Below, one piece after another: positions 27,402-36,088 of a stretch of 36,088 bases of DNA (its first letter is position 1; each line of letters starts with the position of its first letter). The notes beneath the pieces are model-generated. The model worked only from the letters and a program-made list of their open reading frames with translations, did not search any database and was not told the origin of the DNA. Where the stretch lies: contig CAWVVG010000003.1 in assembly GCA_963932775.1 (NCBI GenBank), positions 1 through 36,088 on the forward strand. The letters run 5' to 3'. Position numbers and translations under genes: made by a program. The DNA is from an uncultured bacterium. GTDB lineage: Bacteria > Myxococcota_A > UBA796.

Positions 27402-30400
27402 TCTTGGTCGGGCAGAAGGCCAAAGCCCCCTCCTCCTGGAGTTCGGATGCGGAGTCGGGTTCCCGCACTTGCTGAAAAGCGTGGGGGTGCAGGCTCCCAG
27501 CCCTGGCCAAAATCAACTTCATCCTGACCTGGCAAGCCGGGTTCTCCGCCATCCACGCCGGGCGCGCCCGCTGCTCTGCGTTCTGCGAGAATTGCAATCT
27601 CCGCATGGTCCAAGAACTCCCAGATCTTTTCGGTTCCTTGTCCGCCGCACCATTTCCCTCGACCCCCGGAGTCGGCGTGTCGTCCCCATCGTGTGAGTCG
27701 CACGGGGAATCGCACCTCCAGGTCTTCCACATCGGAGGCTCGGGTGTTGGTCATGTGAACCTGGACTGCATCCGCACCGTCAAAGCCGGGTCCTGCACCG
27801 GATCCGCCGCCGATGGTCTCGTACCACACGCCTGCACGGGTCCCGACCGTGAGGTTGTTCATGGTTCCTTGGCTCCCTGCTTGGGCGCCCAGGGCCCGAA
27901 GCAGGGCGTCGACGAGTCGCTGACTTGTCTCCACATTTCCACCCGCGACTGCGGCTGGGTGTTGAGGGTCGAACAGGCCGCCTTTGGTGGTCTCGAGGGT
28001 GACCGGTGACAGTGAGCCTTCGTTGAGCAAAGGGAGGGGCTCATCTACCAAGCTTCTCAAGACATACAGCAATGCCGCCTGGGCCACAGCTCGGGGAGCA
28101 TTGAGGTTTCCAGGGTGGGCAGATCCATGAATTGCAAGAGAGCCGCGGTCGCCTTCCACCTTGAGTTCAACCCTCAATTTCGTGCCATCATCGAGGATCT
28201 CTGTGGCGGTATGTGTGCCTCCGTAACAGAGCAATACCCGCCCCACGGACCGAGCGGCTTGTCCGATCAGGTGGGTCATTTGGGCTTTAAAAGCGGCGTG
28301 TCCGATCTCCTGAATCAGCTGGACGGTAGCGGCGGCACCGATGGCGACGGCTGCGGTCTGGGCGAGCAAGTCGGCCTTGACCTCGTCGGGCTGCCTGCAT
28401 CCGGGAAGCGGAGGGGGATGAAAGCCGTGGTCGTCCGCCAACAAGATATTGTGGAAGCGCAGGCCTTCTTCATCGATGTGGGTAGAGTGCGGCGGCATGG
28501 ATCCGGGTGTGGTGCCGCCGACGTCCACATGATGTCCTCGGACCGCGACGAAAGCGATTCGGTGAGGGCCATAAAATACGGGGCGAATGACGGTGATGTC
28601 CGGAAGGTGTGATCCCCCACGGTAGGGGTCATTGCTCGCCCAGGTGGTTCCCTCGGTCAAGGCGTCCTTTCGGTGTTCGATGAGGTCGCGCACGGTCTCA
28701 CCCATGGCGCCGAGGTGGACCGGAACATGGGGTGCATTGGCGATCAAGCGCCCATCGGAATCGAAGATTGCTGCGGAGAAGTCCCGTCGCTGACGAATGG
28801 AGACAGAGCGGGCCAAGCGGGCGAGTTGTTCTCCCATCTGCTCTGCGACGGCCATGATGCGAGTGGCGAATACGGCGGTGTGGGTCGGGTGGAAGCTGGT
28901 TCCCATTATGGGCGGCTTGGGGTGCTCGTCCGTCAATTGAATCCAAGAGTCGCCCACGGTTACGCGCCATCCTGGCTCCACGACTACGGTCGTGCCAGAG
29001 CCGGTCAGCAGGGCGGGCCCTAGTACACCATTTGAGCTGTGCATCGGGACCAGTGGCACCTCCATCCAATCTCCAAACCAAGCCCAGGTCACCCCTCTGG
29101 TGTCTGGTGGCGGCTCAAAATTCAGTGTGGGGTGGTCGGGTGCTTCCTCGATGCTGAGACGGATCTCAATGGGCTCGATCTCCAGATCCGGTCGACTGAA
29201 CCCAAATTGAGTGTGGTGGGCCTGGTGAAAGTCCGCGATATTGCCCTCGGTAAGGTGGTCTTGGGCAGTCTTTGTATCCAGTGCAATCTCTAGAGTATGT
29301 TGGGTGCCGGTGTGTCGAGCAGCGAGACGAATGCGGGTGGTGCCCTCAAACGGACGGCGAGCGATGGCATCTGCCACCGCTGTACCCACCGAGTCGCGCA
29401 CCGGGACGACCACCTCTGAACGCCGGCTTGCCTGACCGATGCCTACGGCGGAGAGCACACCCGCCAGATGGGGAACAAGGACGGTCTGAATGCCCAAGGC
29501 CCGCGCGATGGCCGTTGCGTGGCCCGGACCTGCACCGCCGAATGCCACCAGGGCGTGGTCGGCCGGGTCGACACCCCGGGCTGCAGCGAGAGAGCGAACG
29601 GCCCGTGCCGCAGTCTCAGCGGCCACCGTCTTGAATCCTTCCGCGGCTTCTTCGATGCCCAGTCCAGGGGCGGCACGCCCGATGGCATCTCGTGCAGCCG
29701 TCAGGTCCAGTCGTTGACTGCGATCCGGGCCACAGATGTCTGGAAAGCCTGGCAGTCGACCCAAAATCGCTTCGGCGTCGGTGAGTGTGGCGGGCCCTCC
29801 CCGTCCATAGGCGGCGGGTCCTGGATTGGCTCCGGCTGAGCGTGGCCCCACCATCATTACGCCATCAAGGGTCTGCACAATGGAGCCCCCGCCAGCAGCC
29901 ACGGTCTCCAAGCGCAAGCTAGGGACCCGCAAGCGCAGCCCGCTGATATCGATGTGGTCCGCCCGCTCGGGGCCGCCATCTACCCGGCAGACATCCGTAC
30001 TCGTTCCACCCATATCCAGGCCGAAAGCCGGCCCTACTCCTGCCGCTTCAGCGATGGACGCGGTGGCGATAACGCCACCAGAGGGCCCGGACAGAACCGC
30101 ATGTGCGCCGGACCACTCACCCGCCCGGCTCAGGCCGCCATCGGACCGCATGTACAGCCCGGGTGCGGTGGGCAACAGAGGGGTCAGGGCGGCATCGGCG
30201 AGGGTGGTGTGAAGTCGAGGAAGGTAGCCCCGGGACGGTGCAACCACATGACCCACACTGATCTGGGTAAATCCGGCGGACTCGCACATTCGTTCGATGC
30301 TCCGCTCGGTGGCTGGGTGGGCTGGGCCGTGGATGAGGACGATGGCCGCCGAACGGATGCCCGCCGTGACGTGACCCCGTAGCTTTGCTTCGTCCACATT

Positions 30401-30757
30401 GAGGGGAGATAGAACCCGGCCTTCCGCGGAGATTCTGCCACCCACCTCGAGCACTGCTGTAGCCAAGGAGGGCGCTCGCTCTATGTTCAGGCGAAACAGG
30501 TCCGGTCGCCGCTGGTCGCCAAGTTCGTGCAACTCACCGAAGCCCTCATTGGTGATCAGTAAGACGGGTTCACCGGTCCGCTCAAGCAAGGCGTTGGTCG
30601 CAGCAGTGGTGCCACAGCGCACCTCGCCTGCCCCTTGAGCCAGAACGTCCAGCGTGGCGGTGTCGGTCAGCACCTTTTCTACGGTGAAGTGACCATCGGA
30701 GTCCACTCGCACCACATCGGTGAAGGTTCCCCCTTGATCCATCCAGACCCGGTTCAT
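27398..30757 (-). CDS. Fused hydantoinase A/B-type ATP-dependent 5-oxoprolinase
   Basis: N-terminal half: DQGGTFTD, GTTAATNALLER, SGPSGGV, DMGGTSTDV, AGGGS. C-terminal half: HVPVHLGAM, NDPYRGGSHLPD, GHHVDVGG, GGNVETSQ, QGTMNN, TPGGGGFG. Confidence 0.93.
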   Translation of the reverse strand: MNRVWMDQGGTFTDVVRVDSDGHFTVEKVLTDTATLDVLAQGAGEVRCGTTAATNALLERTGEPVLLITNEGFGELHELGDQRRPDLFRLNIERAPSLATAVLEVGGRISAEGRVLSPLNVDEAKLRGHVTAGIRSAAIVLIHGPAHPATERSIERMCESAGFTQISVGHVVAPSRGYLPRLHTTLADAALTPLLPTAPGLYMRSDGGLSRAGEWSGAHAVLSGPSGGVIATASIAEAAGVGPAFGLDMGGTSTDVCRVDGGPERADHIDISGLRLRVPSLRLETVAAGGGSIVQTLDGVMMVGPRSAGANPGPAAYGRGGPATLTDAEAILGRLPGFPDICGPDRSQRLDLTAARDAIGRAAPGLGIEEAAEGFKTVAAETAARAVRSLAAARGVDPADHALVAFGGAGPGHATAIARALGIQTVLVPHLAGVLSAVGIGQASRRSEVVVPVRDSVGTAVADAIARRPFEGTTRIRLAARHTGTQHTLEIALDTKTAQDHLTEGNIADFHQAHHTQFGFSRPDLEIEPIEIRLSIEEAPDHPTLNFEPPPDTRGVTWAWFGDWMEVPLVPMHSSNGVLGPALLTGSGTTVVVEPGWRVTVGDSWIQLTDEHPKPPIMGTSFHPTHTAVFATRIMAVAEQMGEQLARLARSVSIRQRRDFSAAIFDSDGRLIANAPHVPVHLGAMGETVRDLIEHRKDALTEGTTWASNDPYRGGSHLPDITVIRPVFYGPHRIAFVAVRGHHVDVGGTTPGSMPPHSTHIDEEGLRFHNILLADDHGFHPPPLPGCRQPDEVKADLLAQTAAVAIGAAATVQLIQEIGHAAFKAQMTHLIGQAARSVGRVLLCYGGTHTATEILDDGTKLRVELKVEGDRGSLAIHGSAHPGNLNAPRAVAQAALLYVLRSLVDEPLPLLNEGSLSPVTLETTKGGLFDPQHPAAVAGGNVETSQRLVDALLRALGAQAGSQGTMNNLTVGTRAGVWYETIGGGSGAGPGFDGADAVQVHMTNTRASDVEDLEVRFPVRLTRWGRHADSGGRGKWCGGQGTEKIWEFLDHAEIAILAERRAAGAPGVDGGEPGLPGQDEVDFGQGWEPAPPRFSASAGTRLRIRTPGGGGFGLLPDQD

Positions 30758-30776
30758 GGGCCTTCCTTGGGTTAGA

Positions 30777-31280
30777 TCAGAGGGTCGGAGTGACGGGGTA
30801 TTCAGCGGACACGTTCAAGGCCGCATCTTTGAGTCGGAGCACCAATTCTATTTCCGTATCTTCAGGGTCGATGCCTGCCTGATCGAACAAAATCGTTACG
30901 TCGACCAGTCCTACATCGGCATCGTGCAGCGCTTCATTTCCGTCGATCATGAACCACTGTTCTGGGGTCGCGGTGCCATCAATAAGCGCGCTTACACCGA
31001 CTTTTCCACCTTCGATGTCACCATCTGGGTCTGAATAGCTCAGGGAGCAGAGCACTTGCCAATACCCGTCGGAGTTTTCGTTCCACATGGCTTCGGCACT
31101 ATCGATGGTCGGTGCGGCTCCGTATCCACCGGTGTCGTCACCACCATCGCTTCCACCGTCAGCGCTGCTCCCTTGATTGATTTCATTGGAGCTGCCGCCG
31201 CCGGCCATGCCGCCAGCATCTTCATCGCGCTGACAGCCAGTGGTCACCAACAGCAATGAGGTGAATAAAAAGATCTTCAT
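30777..31280 (-). CDS. Acidic lipoprotein of unknown function
   Basis: Signal MKIFLFTSLLLVTTG-C, Gly/Ser/Asp linker, beta-rich acidic domain with DPDGD. Start reassigned from the 346-aa ORF. Confidence 0.72.
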   Translation of the reverse strand: MKIFLFTSLLLVTTGCQRDEDAGGMAGGGSSNEINQGSSADGGSDGGDDTGGYGAAPTIDSAEAMWNENSDGYWQVLCSLSYSDPDGDIEGGKVGVSALIDGTATPEQWFMIDGNEALHDADVGLVDVTILFDQAGIDPEDTEIELVLRLKDAALNVSAEYPVTPTL

Positions 31281-31373
31281 GGGGGGTCTCCTGCGGCCAA
31301 GCCGTGGTTCCGTAATCACTCGTTGTATACAATGGCCCAAGCGTGGCCGACCACGCAAGCGGAGTCCGAACCC

Positions 31374-31829
31374 ATGAACAAGAATGTCCTCGCAGTACTC
31401 ATCCCATTCACGGCAGTTGCTGGGTTGACCATCGGCTTTGTGTGGTGGGATCGGGGCGCACCACCGGGCTTCAACCCCACCCCATACCCGGTCACTGTGG
31501 ATGAGGTGACGCGGGAGCATCGTGGCGTTCGAATCCGTGGCACCGCCCATTTTGTTGTGCGCATCAACCAGACCATGACCGACGGTGAGACCTATTGGTT
31601 GTTTCCGCTGATGGAGCCTGGAGACACCCTTAGTCGCGAAATCAAGGTGCTTGTTCGGGCCCAGCGGGGACCGGATCACTTGGTGACCTTCGAGGACTTG
31701 ACCATTGATGGCCTCGCCCGCCCGCCCGGTCGTTTGGTGGATCCAAAGGCGCGGGAGACCTTCTTGGATGGCGGCTACGACTTCCTCGAAGGCTACGTTG
31801 TGGTCGAGGCCTTTCACATCGAGGGATGA
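31374..31829 (+). CDS. Membrane-anchored hypothetical protein (possible OB-fold-like beta domain)
   Basis: GGAG at 31361, ATG 31374, one N-terminal TM, then beta-strand pattern (VRIRGTA, YWLFPL, IKVLVR, LTIDGLA). Confidence 0.65.
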   Translation: MNKNVLAVLIPFTAVAGLTIGFVWWDRGAPPGFNPTPYPVTVDEVTREHRGVRIRGTAHFVVRINQTMTDGETYWLFPLMEPGDTLSREIKVLVRAQRGPDHLVTFEDLTIDGLARPPGRLVDPKARETFLDGGYDFLEGYVVVEAFHIEG

Positions 31830-35422
<3,593 letters not shown>

Positions 35423-35423
35423 C

Positions 35424-36088
35424 TCAGTACAGGAGCTCGTCGTTTCCGTCGGTGACGGTGACCACGACGATGATGTCGTCCTTGAGCTCGCCCCCAAGGG
35501 TGGCGTAGGCCTCCTCGATGCGGTCGGCATTATCGCTGCTGTAGGCCATGACGTGGAGCATCGCGTAGTTCCACAGGTTTGAATCGGCGGCATTTTCCGC
35601 ACTGAGTAGAACGTCCGAGAGCTTGTCGCTCAACAGATCGAAGGCCTCATCGGCGGTGTAGGCTTCTTCCGGTGGCCAGTGGAAGGCCCGTGTGACGCTC
35701 ACCCCCACATTCTCGAGATCGATCTCTACGAGCATATCGGTCTTCTTTCCACCATCATCGTTGTACGCGATCTCCGTCTCGCTCTTGACTAGAAAGGCAA
35801 TCTCGCACCGGTGGAGCACCTCGTAGGCGAAGACTTCAGAGTGCACCGATGACCCCCCGAGGGTTCCTTCCTCGAAGATGTCTGCACCTCCGGCACTCAG
35901 TTCCCCTTCGTCGAACTCCAGGGTCCCGAAGTCGATGGCGTTTCGGTACAGTTGACCGGAGCTGTCCGGAAAGTCGATGACACCGCAGTCACCAGAGATC
36001 TCTCCGAATCCATCGAGGGGACCATCGGCATCGGCATCGGCATCGGCGTCCGCGTCGGCATCGGCGTCCGCGTCGGCATCGGCGTCCG
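35424..36088 (-). CDS. DA-repeat protein with a C-terminal AAC4-like domain (5' truncated by window)
   Basis: Frame is open from 36086: (DA)10D-GPLDGFGEISGDCG...GGSSVHSEVFAYEVL...KSETEIAY...KKTDMLV...VGVSVTRA...LLSDKL...W...LHV. Confidence 0.75.
   Translation of the reverse strand, partial: DADADADADADADADADADADGPLDGFGEISGDCGVIDFPDSSGQLYRNAIDFGTLEFDEGELSAGGADIFEEGTLGGSSVHSEVFAYEVLHRCEIAFLVKSETEIAYNDDGGKKTDMLVEIDLENVGVSVTRAFHWPPEEAYTADEAFDLLSDKLSDVLLSAENAADSNLWNYAMLHVMAYSSDNADRIEEAYATLGGELKDDIIVVVTVTDGNDELLY
36024..36088 (-). repeat. Coding hexanucleotide tandem repeat GAYGCN (Asp-Ala dipeptide repeat)
   Basis: Minus strand reads GACGCC GATGCC GACGCG... with variation only at third codon positions. 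Runs off the window end. Confidence 0.9.

Noticed and set aside
31281-31817. First 179 aa of the 346-aa minus-strand ORF
   Set aside because: It is an antisense shadow of the plus-strand gene 31374-31829. The lipoprotein signal begins at 31280.
35897-36079. 60-aa ORF with MPTRTP repeats
   Set aside because: It is an alternative frame of the Asp-Ala repeat. Third-position-only variation and continuity with the downstream domain support the DA frame.
36024-36088. Possible CRISPR array or contingency microsatellite
   Set aside because: The unit is 6 nt, in frame, with synonymous variation and no spacers or cas genes.

Overview
GC-rich bacterial chromosomal window, apparently core-genome, with no mobile elements, CRISPR arrays, rRNA or tRNA detected. 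Its gene content (Ser/Thr kinase-ATPase-TPR proteins, DA-repeat proteins, many lipoproteins, GT-C-like membrane proteins) suggests an uncultured Myxococcota-like organism; this is inference. The left plus-strand block holds rlmD (3' end), pckA, a class A PBP (PBP1B-like), an aldo/keto reductase, a GT-C-like membrane protein and a lipoprotein. A long minus-strand run (26897 to 8677) holds comEC, a MerR-family regulator, iscS-iscU-iscA-hscB-hscA, a membrane protein, a Ser/Thr kinase, a FadL-family porin, an aminotransferase, cyaY, a kinase-ATPase-TPR protein, a lipoprotein and a sphingomyelinase-like enzyme. The right part holds a fused 5-oxoprolinase, two small exported or membrane proteins, enolase, a degenerate aspartyl-protease/TPR protein and a truncated DA-repeat protein with an AAC4-like domain. 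Best novelty candidates: (1) the ISC Fe-S operon is headed by a MerR-family protein with a Cx2Cx8Cx2C-x3-HH tail instead of an Rrf2-family IscR, with a near-consensus sigma70 promoter and a MerR-type palindrome upstream; (2) a ~160-nt structured RNA candidate and a 53-aa small ORF missed by the ORF track, both upstream of comEC.
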